Of a DNA stretch of 64,000 bases, positions 22,539-32,178 are shown piece after piece. The notes under the pieces are model-generated. The model saw nothing but the letters and a program-made list of their open reading frames with translations, had not been told where the DNA came from and ran no database searches. Source of the stretch: an uncultured Acidobacteriota bacterium (lineage in GTDB: Bacteria > Acidobacteriota > UBA6911); assembly GCA_963827655.1 (NCBI GenBank), contig CAWHCF010000023.1:384001-448000 (forward strand), given 5' to 3'. The position numbers and the translations under genes were made by a program. Each line of letters opens with the position of its first letter. The stretch's first letter is position 1.

Positions 22539-23840
22539 TTGATGAGCTACGCGCCGGATGCCGGTGGAATCGAGATAGGAGCGTGTCCTTTGGATAGGCG
22601 AAGTTTCTTGATGGCGGCCGCAGGGGGCGCCCTGGGCCTGTTACCTTTCCACCGGCTTTCAGCGAAGCAGAAAGGAAAGGTCCGGATCACCAACGTCAAA
22701 TGCATGATCGTGCGCGGGACCTGGGACTGGAACCTCATCAAGGTCGAAACCGACTCCGGCCTCTATGGGCTCGGCGAAGCCTACTGGGGCTGGGGTGTGA
22801 AGGACCTGGTCGTCAACAAGCTGTGCCCCATCGTGGTGGGCGAGGATCCGCTCAACGTGGACAAGCTCTACACGAAGATGCTGATGGAGAGCGCGGGAGC
22901 GGGCGCAATCGCGGGCGTCACCGTGACGGCCGCGAGTGGCATCGAGATCGCGCTTTGGGATCTCGCGGGGCGCATCCTCGAGACGCCGGCGTGCAACCTG
23001 CTGGGGGGAAGGTTTCGCGACCGCATCCGGTTCTACCGAACCATGCCCGCGGTCGACCGGCCGGAGGACCCGCAGGCGTGGCGCGCCCAAGTGCGCGAAG
23101 CCAAGGCAGAAAAATTCGGCTGGACCGCCTTCAAGTTCCAGGGAGACGGGATCCCTCCGAAGGCCGATCCGGAGTACAAAGAGCCGGGGCACGACCGCTA
23201 CACGCGCGGGCTGACACTCCGGGACCTGCGGCGCATCGCGCGAGCCATGGAGATCGTCCGCGAGGAGCTCGGGCCGGATGTCGACTTCGGGGTGGAGGCG
23301 CACTGGAAGTACGACGTGCGCGACGCGATCCAGATGGCCAAGGCTATCGAGCCCTCCAAGCCGATGTGGTTGGAAGATCCGGTCCCACCCGGGAATCCGG
23401 ATGCCATGGCGCGAGTAACGCACGCGGTCGACATCCCGATCTGCACGGGGGAAAACCTGTACACACGCGACGGATTCCGCCGCCTGATCGAGATCCAGGG
23501 GTGCGACGTCGTTCACATCGACATCCCGAAGTCGGGAGGGCTGCTCGAATCGAAGCGGATTCACGATCTGGCCGAGAACCATTACATCTGGACCGCGGCG
23601 CACAACCCGGCAAGCCCCGTCGGCACCATTGCATCGTGTCACGCCGCCGCCTCGATGCGCGACTTCCGCATCCACGAGCTCGCGAGGTACGTGGACTGGT
23701 GGCAGGACCTCGTGATCCGCGAGGGCCCGTTTTTCCAGAACGGGTATTTCACCATTGCCGACAAGCCCGGCTACGGGATCGAGCTCAATCCCGACGTGGC
23801 CAAAGCGCACCTGGCACCGGGCGAGACCTGGTGGGGGTGA
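22539..23840 (+). CDS. Mandelate racemase/muconate lactonizing enzyme family protein, Tat signal
   Basis: DRRSFL; SGIEIALWDL, WLEDP, TGEN and GYGIELN (enolase superfamily). Confidence 0.9.
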   Translation: MMSYAPDAGGIEIGACPLDRRSFLMAAAGGALGLLPFHRLSAKQKGKVRITNVKCMIVRGTWDWNLIKVETDSGLYGLGEAYWGWGVKDLVVNKLCPIVVGEDPLNVDKLYTKMLMESAGAGAIAGVTVTAASGIEIALWDLAGRILETPACNLLGGRFRDRIRFYRTMPAVDRPEDPQAWRAQVREAKAEKFGWTAFKFQGDGIPPKADPEYKEPGHDRYTRGLTLRDLRRIARAMEIVREELGPDVDFGVEAHWKYDVRDAIQMAKAIEPSKPMWLEDPVPPGNPDAMARVTHAVDIPICTGENLYTRDGFRRLIEIQGCDVVHIDIPKSGGLLESKRIHDLAENHYIWTAAHNPASPVGTIASCHAAASMRDFRIHELARYVDWWQDLVIREGPFFQNGYFTIADKPGYGIELNPDVAKAHLAPGETWWG

Positions 23841-24053
23841 CGCAGTGATTGAGCATCGCATTTCAGTCTCGAAGAGAGACGTTGCTCCTCAGAGAAGTCA
23901 GATGTCAGGTTAAGGGATTGCACTGGGCGTACGTTTGTTGATCTCAACGACGAGCGGAGGGCAGAGAGCTGATCAGAATCACCAAAGAATCAGGACCTGG
24001 CCTGCGGCTCTCGGCTGACCTGTTTGAAAATTGATCCAACTGCGAGGTGTGAA

Positions 24054-24488
24054 ATGTCAGAAAGCAACAAGAAGCTGGTGCGACGCTGGTTTGAAGAGGT
24101 TTGGAACAAGGGGCGCGCCGAAGCCATCGACGAAATGTTTAGCGACGACGGCATTGCCCACGGCCTCTCCGATGACCCGGAAAAGCCTTTGCGTGGTCCC
24201 GCTAATTTCCGAACCTTTCACGCGCAATTTCGGGAAGCCTTTCCCAACATCACAGTGACTGTAGAAGACGCTATTGCCGAAAACGACAAGGTTGCTGCCC
24301 GCTGTTTGGTGCGTGGCCGGCACGCCGGCGACAGTCTGGGATTCGCTGCGACTCAGTCGCCAGTGGAGTTTACGGGAATGTTGATCATGCGCGTTGAAAA
24401 TGGCAAGATCGTCGAAGCCTGGAATAACTTCGACTTCATGAAAATGTACAAGCAGCTCGGTGCCCTTAAGTTTGGCCCCGCGACCTAG
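24054..24488 (+). CDS. SnoaL-like ester cyclase (NTF2 fold)
   Basis: NKKLVRRWFEEVWN, AFP and ENGKIVEAW. Confidence 0.9.
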   Translation: MSESNKKLVRRWFEEVWNKGRAEAIDEMFSDDGIAHGLSDDPEKPLRGPANFRTFHAQFREAFPNITVTVEDAIAENDKVAARCLVRGRHAGDSLGFAATQSPVEFTGMLIMRVENGKIVEAWNNFDFMKMYKQLGALKFGPAT

Positions 24489-24496
24489 AGCTGCAT

Positions 24497-25114
24497 TTAC
24501 CGCGGCGGCCGGGCGGCGCGCTCCTGTCTGCGCAGCGCTTTCTCCAGCAACTCCTTCAAGCGCCCCCGAGCGCGGAAAACCTTGAGTCGGGCCGCCTGCT
24601 CCGTGCATTTCAGTACCCGCGCGATCCGCTCGTACGGAACGTCTTCGAGGTCCCGCAGCACGATCGCCATCCTTTGCTGTTCCGTGAGCTGGTTCAGCAT
24701 CTTGTGCAAGAGGGCGTGCAGTTCCTTCTGCTCATCGGGAGACGCAGGGGCTATTTCGCTTTGGTTAATCAGCTTTTCTATGCTCTCCGACTCCTCGAGG
24801 CTCAGCTCGGTGAAAGTCCGGGTCTTGCGTCGCCGGGCGCGGCGCAGCTCGTCGTAGCACTGGTTAACCGCGATCCGATAGAGCCACGGGAAAAAAGGTC
24901 GATCGAGGTCGAACTTCGGAAGCGAGAAGTAGACCTTGGCGAAGATCTTTTGGGCTATGTCCTCGACGTCGTTGGGACGGCCGGTACTGTGGTAGATCAG
25001 GTTGAAGACGGTCTGCTGATACTTCCGAACCAGCTCTTCGAAAGCCCGCTCGTCGCCAGCCCGGACACGACGCACAAGATCGCGGTCGTCTTCGGCGTAC
25101 GCTTCTCTCCCCAC
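24497..25114 (-). CDS. ECF RNA polymerase sigma factor
   Basis: Region 2 (AFEELVRKY, WLYRIAVN) and region 4 helix-turn-helix. Confidence 0.92.
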   Translation of the reverse strand: MGREAYAEDDRDLVRRVRAGDERAFEELVRKYQQTVFNLIYHSTGRPNDVEDIAQKIFAKVYFSLPKFDLDRPFFPWLYRIAVNQCYDELRRARRRKTRTFTELSLEESESIEKLINQSEIAPASPDEQKELHALLHKMLNQLTEQQRMAIVLRDLEDVPYERIARVLKCTEQAARLKVFRARGRLKELLEKALRRQERAARPPR

Positions 25115-25125
25115 GAGTGGGAATC

Positions 25126-26310
25126 CTATCGGCTGTGGGTCAGTCTCTGCTGGGAGATTTTCCGCAAACGTTCCGAGGCAGCCTGCAGTGTCTCGTCTTT
25201 CTTACAGAAGCAAAACCGAATATAGCGGGAGCCGCCGGAAGGATCGTGAAAAAAGCTGCTTCCAGGAACCACCGCGACACCCACATCCTTGACCAGATAC
25301 CGTGTGAATTCCAGATCGTTATCGGCGCCGAGCGGCGAGATGTCGGCCATTATGTAATAGGCTCCCCTGGGCGTGAAACATTCGAACCCGGCCGCATGCA
25401 AGCCCTCCACCAGCAGGTCGCGCCGCCTCTGATAAGCTCGCGCCAGCTCCGAGTAGTAGCCCGGAGGAAGCGCCAACGCCCGCGCGCCGGCCTCTTGCAT
25501 CGGGGCGGCGGCGCCGACGGTCAGGAAATCGTGGACTTTTCGAATCGCCTCGGTCAAGTGAGGCGGCCCGATGGCATATCCTACGCGCCATCCCGTGACG
25601 CTGTAGGTCTTGCTCAGGCCGTTGATCGTGATCGTCCGCTCCCGCATGCCGTCGAGCGTTGCTATAGCGCAGTGCGCCCAGCCGTCGTACAGGATATGCT
25701 CGTAGATCTCGTCGGTCACCGCGATCGCATTCCACTTGATGCAAAGGGCGGCGATAAACTCCAGTTCCTGACGGCTGAAAACCTTCCCGGTCGGGTTGTT
25801 GGGAGTGTTGATGATGATGGCTTTGGTCTTCTCGTTGAAGGCGGCTTCCAACTCCGCCGGGTCAAAGCTCCACTCCGGCGATCGCAGCGTAACATACCGC
25901 GGAATCGCGCCCGAAAGGATGGTGTCAGGACCATAGTTCTCATAGAACGGTTCGAAGATTACGACTTCATCTCCCGGATTGATGATAGCCAGGAGGGAGG
26001 CGATCATGGCTTCGGTAGAACCGCACGTAACCGTGATTTCCCTCTCGGGATCGATTTCGATGCCGAGATACGACCTGGTCTTGAGCGCGATGGCGTTTCG
26101 GAAGGACTTCGCGCCCCAGGTGATCGCATACTGGTTAATGTCATCCATTATGGCCCTGCAGGCCGCTTCTTTGATTTCCAGCGGGGCGGGAAAATCGGGA
26201 AATCCCTGGGCGAGGTTCACGGCTCCGTGGAGCTGAGCCAGGCGTGTCATCTCTCTTATTACTGATTCGCTGAAACGGTCCGCCTTCTCGGAAGTAATCT
26301 TCTTAGCCAT
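25126..26310 (-). CDS. PLP-dependent aminotransferase class I/II
   Basis: NLAQGFPD, NTPNNPTG, DEIYE and SKTYSVTGWRVGY. Confidence 0.95.
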   Translation of the reverse strand: MAKKITSEKADRFSESVIREMTRLAQLHGAVNLAQGFPDFPAPLEIKEAACRAIMDDINQYAITWGAKSFRNAIALKTRSYLGIEIDPEREITVTCGSTEAMIASLLAIINPGDEVVIFEPFYENYGPDTILSGAIPRYVTLRSPEWSFDPAELEAAFNEKTKAIIINTPNNPTGKVFSRQELEFIAALCIKWNAIAVTDEIYEHILYDGWAHCAIATLDGMRERTITINGLSKTYSVTGWRVGYAIGPPHLTEAIRKVHDFLTVGAAAPMQEAGARALALPPGYYSELARAYQRRRDLLVEGLHAAGFECFTPRGAYYIMADISPLGADNDLEFTRYLVKDVGVAVVPGSSFFHDPSGGSRYIRFCFCKKDETLQAASERLRKISQQRLTHSR

Positions 26311-26374
26311 ACAGATCAACCATGGAGGGCAAAGATGCAAAGAAACGCTTCCTCAATCTTTCTCATCTCTCTGC

Positions 26375-28591
26375 TCAGGGATTATTGCGGGCTGCGGCAC
26401 TCAAAACACGATAGTGGGACTTGCCGGTCAGCACCTGTTTCACATAACCGCGGGTTTCACTGAAGGGAATCCGCTCGACAAATTCCACCATGTCGACGTT
26501 TCCCAGTTCTTGCAGCCAGCGATCCACTCGGTTTTCACCGGCGTTGTAGGCTGCCAGGGCCAGTTCCTCCCGGTGTCCAAACTGCCGCAGAAGCGCGGCC
26601 AGGTGGCGCGTGCCCAGAACGATGTTCGTCTCCGGCCGGAACAGCTTCGGCGTGCTGTACCGAGGGATCTTGGCTTCGCGAGCCAGCTGCCTTCCCGTCG
26701 TTGGAAGAACCTGCATTAAACCCCGCGCGTTAGCAGGAGAGCGCGCCTCTTCCTTGAAGGCCGATTCCTGCCGGATAACCCCCAGAATCAGGGCGGGATC
26801 CAGACCGTTCTTTCTCGCCTGCGCAGAGATAACTTCCCAATGCCGGACCGGAAAGAATAGCCGCCACACTTCGTCAGGAAGCGCCTCGTGCGGTCGAACG
26901 TCATAATTAGGAAATGCTCTCCGGAGCGTGACAATGACGCTGTAAAAGTCCTGCTTGCTTTCGTGAATCCGCGACATGACAAAGCTCAGCGCCCTCTCCT
27001 CGGGAAACCGCCGCATGGCGCTGCGCAGCTCCGTCAGTGCCAGATCGGGCAAATCGGCTACCACCAGCTGGCGCGCGCGTTCGATGAGCCGGGTAACCGG
27101 CATCGGAGGTTCTTGAATAGAAGTTTCGGTCAGGCGCAGGCCATCGAGAGTACGGGACACCTGGTCGAAGCTGATCCCCTGGTAGTCCTGAGGGGCCGAA
27201 GGCTTCTGCTTTTTCAATCCGCTTTCGGCTTCGGCCGCTCGCTGGCCGTAGTAACTGTTGTTGGAGAGCGCCCGCGCCCGCCGGTACAAGTAAGCGGCGT
27301 GGCCGCGATCGCCCAGTCTTTCGTAACATCGCCCCATCCAGTAGATCGTAGCGCCGGCGGAGTCGGCCTCCGGATAAGTGAAGAGAGAGTTCCAGAAGGC
27401 GTGGAGCGCCTCCGCGTAACGGCCTTCGGTGTATGCGAAAAGCGCTATTTTCCAGCGAGCGCGCTCTGCATGCTCTCCTGTGGGGAATTTTCCGGCCATC
27501 GTCCGGTAGGCCTGGTCGGCCCGAGCCGGCTGATTCTTGACGTCGAAATAGGTTGCGACCGAGTGGAGAATTTTTTCGGTGAAAGAAGATTGGGGATATC
27601 GCTCGAGCGCCAGGTCCCTGATCGCGAGAAAGGAGGCCTCTTCCTGCAGCCTGCGATAAGCGAGCGCCTGAAAATACAAAGATTGCGCGTGAAGAGACCC
27701 ATTGTCGTCTTTGACACTCTGAAGATGCGAGAGCGCTGCCCTGGAATGGCCAAGATTGTGCTCGGTCTCTCCACGCAACAGATTCAACTTCTCGACGCTG
27801 GACCGATCGGGCGCCGGGACAGCGTTCAGCTTCAGCAACTGGGCGCGCGCTTCGGCGTTCTTGCCGGAACGGATGAGATTCTCAGCCCTACGCAGCAGAG
27901 GCTTGAAGTTCGCCGCGGGAGAAACGGCCTCGGGCGCAAGTGCCATAAGCCGCTCTAAGGCGAGGGCCGCGGTCTCGGAGGCAACGAAATCAGTGTAGAC
28001 TCGAAGGTACAGGTCGATCGCTCCCTGGCGCATCCCGGCATCTTCCTGCGCCCTCCCGCGGAAATAGAGGATCTCCGCACTCTGCTCCAGCCCGGGATTG
28101 TTCAGCACCGCCAACGCTGCCCGTGGATCATGCAGTTTGAGCCAGGCCTGGCATTCTCCGAGGATCGCCTCGTGGAGTTGCGATGATTGCGGGTGGTCTT
28201 TTTGCAGAAGTCGAAAATCCCTCAGCGCTTCTTCGTCTCGATCCAGAGCCAGGTTCGTTTTCGCCCGGTAAAGAAGAAAGAAGTCGGCCACGGCTGTGGC
28301 ATTGGCTGAGGCTGTGTCCGGAAAGGCTGCAAGGGCGGGCGCGTAGCGTTCATCAAGGTAATGATCTACCGCGCGTTTTAGAGCCTTCAGCGAATTCTCC
28401 ACCCGCGGTGGATATTTCGGGAGCAGTGTATCGAGCGCCGCCGGCAGAGAAGCGCCTTCACTGTGTGGATTTCCCGCCGGACCCAGGGGGGATGCAAGGA
28501 GCGAAGCGATTAGAAAAAGAACCGGTGCGGCTCGAATGAGATATCTTAGTGGCGTGCAGTTCGTGGTGGCTTCAGCTGGTCGACGGGGCAC
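26375..28591 (-). CDS. slt: Soluble lytic murein transglycosylase (Slt70-like) with TPR repeats
   Basis: IRQESAF, ARGLMQ, AAYNAG and ETRGYV. Confidence 0.9.
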   Translation of the reverse strand: MPRRPAEATTNCTPLRYLIRAAPVLFLIASLLASPLGPAGNPHSEGASLPAALDTLLPKYPPRVENSLKALKRAVDHYLDERYAPALAAFPDTASANATAVADFFLLYRAKTNLALDRDEEALRDFRLLQKDHPQSSQLHEAILGECQAWLKLHDPRAALAVLNNPGLEQSAEILYFRGRAQEDAGMRQGAIDLYLRVYTDFVASETAALALERLMALAPEAVSPAANFKPLLRRAENLIRSGKNAEARAQLLKLNAVPAPDRSSVEKLNLLRGETEHNLGHSRAALSHLQSVKDDNGSLHAQSLYFQALAYRRLQEEASFLAIRDLALERYPQSSFTEKILHSVATYFDVKNQPARADQAYRTMAGKFPTGEHAERARWKIALFAYTEGRYAEALHAFWNSLFTYPEADSAGATIYWMGRCYERLGDRGHAAYLYRRARALSNNSYYGQRAAEAESGLKKQKPSAPQDYQGISFDQVSRTLDGLRLTETSIQEPPMPVTRLIERARQLVVADLPDLALTELRSAMRRFPEERALSFVMSRIHESKQDFYSVIVTLRRAFPNYDVRPHEALPDEVWRLFFPVRHWEVISAQARKNGLDPALILGVIRQESAFKEEARSPANARGLMQVLPTTGRQLAREAKIPRYSTPKLFRPETNIVLGTRHLAALLRQFGHREELALAAYNAGENRVDRWLQELGNVDMVEFVERIPFSETRGYVKQVLTGKSHYRVLSAAARNNP

Positions 28592-28865
28592 TTCTCTCTA
28601 ACTTTCAGCGCGTGGTCCGGGACGGTCGCTTCCCGGTTTCGCGGAGTCATTCTCCCCGAGAATTCATTTCAAACGCTTCTCGACACCGATGGGGAGGCTG
28701 GCCTCTCGCACATTTCGCGGCTTCGGTCAAATATCTCGCTATAGAAAGGACCTGGCAAGATCGCCGGCACAGTTTTTCATTATACTAACGACGAAGACAC
28801 GAAGACACTAAAGAAACGCGAAGCATGGCGGAACGTAGCGCGAAGCCAGGGCGAGTTCGAGAAGT

Positions 28866-29735
28866 CTACAGCCGGCGCGCGGAGGCCTCGATGACCTTGG
28901 TGAGTTTTTCGATTCCTTTGGAGAGGGACGCAAACGAAGGCTGCGATAGATTCTGCACTGAAACGCTCGACGTCGTGGACTGGCTGTACATCCCTTTGAG
29001 CTGGGTATGAAGATCGGTGGCCAGCTCTCGAAGATTCTCGATCCCCGCAAGTCCAAGATCATCGAACTGGTTTCCTTTTCCGAGGTTTTGGTCAAGACGC
29101 CGGTCGACGAAGGCCAGCGATTCATCCTGGCGTATCTTCTTGGCGAGGTCGCGAATCTCCTGGGCTTTCGTTGCAATGTCTTGCTTATTGATCTGCTTCC
29201 CTGCCTGAAGATCGGTCAGCATGGCCTGGAGCTGATCGACCGCGGAAACCATCTGCGAACTCAAGGTGAGCGGGGAGCGCAGAGTCAACTTCATCAGCTC
29301 GGGTGTGACCAAGGGCTCGGTGTTTCGATAGAAGCGACTAAAGTACAGTCCATTCAACATGTACATAGTGCGCATGCGCCAGTAGTAGTTCTGCCAGTCG
29401 TAATAAGAATCCAGGGTCGTGAAAGACGTTCCCTGCAAATTCGGCGCACTGGAGGCATACCCTCCGCCGCTGGGAGCAACGGAAGCAGGAGCGCCGGAGT
29501 AGCCCCGCGACCGGCTCGAGGAGTCGATACCTCCCATCGGGGCAGAGCGCGACGAAATGGAAGCACCGCCGCTCATTCCACCCATGTTTCCAGGAGCGCT
29601 GCGACCGGCCCCAGTATCGCCCGAGGACTGACGATTGGTCTCAGCCGCGGGAGCACTCGCCTCCTGGGCGAAACCCGAGAGGCTAGAAAGCAGCAGCAGG
29701 GTTGCAAAGCCAAACAAAACACGGCGCTTAGCCAT
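28866..29735 (-). CDS. Secreted hypothetical protein (Gly/Ser-rich linker plus helical C-domain)
   Basis: 289-aa ORF with signal peptide and GAGGAG RBS. Confidence 0.75.
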   Translation of the reverse strand: MAKRRVLFGFATLLLLSSLSGFAQEASAPAAETNRQSSGDTGAGRSAPGNMGGMSGGASISSRSAPMGGIDSSSRSRGYSGAPASVAPSGGGYASSAPNLQGTSFTTLDSYYDWQNYYWRMRTMYMLNGLYFSRFYRNTEPLVTPELMKLTLRSPLTLSSQMVSAVDQLQAMLTDLQAGKQINKQDIATKAQEIRDLAKKIRQDESLAFVDRRLDQNLGKGNQFDDLGLAGIENLRELATDLHTQLKGMYSQSTTSSVSVQNLSQPSFASLSKGIEKLTKVIEASARRL

Positions 29736-30014
29736 GGTCTCCTCCTCGAGAACGAGGCTTGTGGTTTAACGCGCGAAGTCTAACATGACGGTCGTAGCGG
29801 CCACAAGGTTAAATTAGGTCTTGCCTTTTTGTTAGATCGGGTTCGAGCACAGATTGTTCAGTTTTTTCTTGCCTGGAGACAAGCTGGCGAGGAACCCACT
29901 CCGGGCAGCGGGGCCGGAGATAAATCTCCCGCCCCACCACCCGTTCGAAGGAGGTTATTGAATGGGTATTGCATTAGACGTAAACCGCCTGAAAAAAGTT
30001 GCTTTTTCTTTGTG

Positions 30015-30023
30015 TGCTATACT
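30015..30023 (+). promoter_or_regulatory. Extended -10 promoter element
   Basis: TGcTATACT upstream of ATG 30080. Confidence 0.5.
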
Positions 30024-30079
30024 CGGCGACCCCGACTATCCCTCGGGCGGAGTCCTCGGTGATGGCGCGCGGCGATTGA

Positions 30080-32159
30080 ATGACTGCACTATCGCGGTTC
30101 TGGCTGCCGGGTATTCTGGCGCTTGCATTCGCGCTGCGCCTGGCTTATCTCATTGAACTCAGGCACACGCCATTTTTCGATCAGCTTATCCTTGATCTGG
30201 CCGCGTACGATTCCTGGGCGCAAGATATTGCCCGGGGTGATTGGTTTGGATCCGAAGTCTTCTACCAGGATCCGCTCTATCCCTATTTCCTCGCGACTCT
30301 CTACTGGATTCTCGGCCACCGCTTGACCATTGTCTACCTGATCCAGATCGTGCTCGGGGTGATCACATGTTATCTCGTCTACTGGATCGGACGCAGAGTG
30401 TTTTCGCCCGTCGCCGGCCTGCTGGCGGCAGGAATAGCGGCAACGTACAAGCCCTGGATTTTTTACGACGTCCAGGTGGAGAAGTCCTTTCTGGCGGTGT
30501 TTCTCATCTGCGCCTCATGTGCGCTGCTGCTGCGGGGCGCTTGGCTCCTGGCAGGTCTTGCCCTGGGTCTGGCGGTACTGGTCCGAGGGAACTATCTGCT
30601 GCTCCTCCCATTCGTATTGTCGGGAATTCTGTTCTTGATACGAGAATGACACCTACACCGTCCGCATCCGGCGAGCGATGTCTTATGGTCTGGGCGTCGC
30701 TTCCATCCTGGTCGTCACACTGGTTCGAAACTTTACGGTGGCAGGTGATTGGGTGTTGACTACCTCTCAGGTCGGTCAGAACTTCTTCATAGGCAACAAT
30801 CCCGACAACCTGACCGGCATGTACCGGCCACCTGAATTCGTTCGCTCGGATCCGAAATTCGAACGGCTGGATTTCGCCCGCGAGGCCGAACGGCTCGCCG
30901 GCAGGAGACTCAAGCCTTCGGAAGTGTCCGCGTTCTGGTTCAATCGAGCGGTTGAATTCATCGCCGCGCGGCCGGTCGATTTTCTAAAACTGTTGGCACA
31001 GAAAACCGCGCTCTTCTGGAACCATTATGAAATCCCGGACAATCTGGATAGCTATTTTTTCGAGCGCTACTCGCGGGTAATGAGGCTCTGGCTACCCGGC
31101 TTTGGTGTTGTCGCGCCGCTGGGCGCGTTGGGGATGGTGCTGTGCCTTCCTCAATGGCGGCGTCTCTGGCCCCTCTACTTCTTCGCGGCCGGATACTTCC
31201 TTTCAATCATCTTTTTCTATATTTTTGCCCGCTATCGCCTTCCGGTAGTACCGTTCATGATGGTCTTTGCCGGGCAGGCTATTTACCAGCTCTATTCCTG
31301 GATTCGCGGCCGAAACGTCCGTCAATTGATCTACTCGGCTGCGTTACTGTCGCTATTCTCACTGGGAGTTCACCTCCCGCTTGTCAATGCCTACAATCCT
31401 GCCGCGGTAAACAACCTGGGGGCCGTTCTCTTGCGCCTGGGCGAGATCGAAGAGGCGGAATCGCTCTTCCGGCAGGTTATCGCGCGGCGGCCCGACTTTG
31501 CGGACGGTCGCAACAATCTTGGAGTAACGCTGTTACGGAAAGGGGATATAGGCCAAGGCCTGGATCAGATCCGTGAGGCTATCCGGTTGAAACCCCGCCA
31601 CCCCAACAGCTACGTGAATCTAGGACAGGCGCTGCTGCTGCAGCGGGATACCGGAGGAGCGATGGACGCCTTCGTTACGGCCAGCCGTCTCGACCCCGAG
31701 AGTGCCGAGGCTGTCGCCGGCATGGGACTGGTGCATCGCGCCAACGGAGACCAGGCCGCGGCGCTCGAGGCATTCCGCAAGGCGCTGGACCTCGATCCGC
31801 AGTCAGGCGAAATCCATAACAATCTGGCGATAGTTCTGCTGGCTCGCGGCGAGTTGATGGAGGCGCTCAAGCATTTTGAGGCCGCCATTCAGTCAAGACC
31901 GAGGTTTTCCGAGGCGCACTACAACCGTGGGATCTGCCTGGAGCGTCTTGGAAAAAAGGAGGAAGCTGCCGCGGCTTATCGTGCGGCGCTGGCTGCGCGT
32001 TCAGATTACGCCGAGGCATATAACAATCTGGGCAATCTTCTGGCTGAAAGCGGCGACCGGCGCGGGGCGGTCGAAGCCTACGAAAACTTCCTTCGATATT
32101 GGCAGGGTGATGAAGGTGTGCGCCAGGCCGTACGCGAGGAAATCAACAAACTGAAATGA
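30080..32159 (+). CDS. GT-C fold (PMT/GT39-like) membrane glycosyltransferase fused to TPR repeats; +1 frameshift at ~30647
   Basis: DLAAYDSWA, FYQDPLYPYFL, GQNFFIGNNP, RYRLP and C-terminal TPRs; removing one base joins ORFs 30080..30649 and 30678..32159. Confidence 0.8.
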
Positions 32160-32178
32160 CCTCCGTTAAGATTCTTGC

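Noticed and set aside
28600-28785. c-di-AMP (ydaO) riboswitch before slt
   Set aside because: Hairpins are present but the consensus motifs are absent
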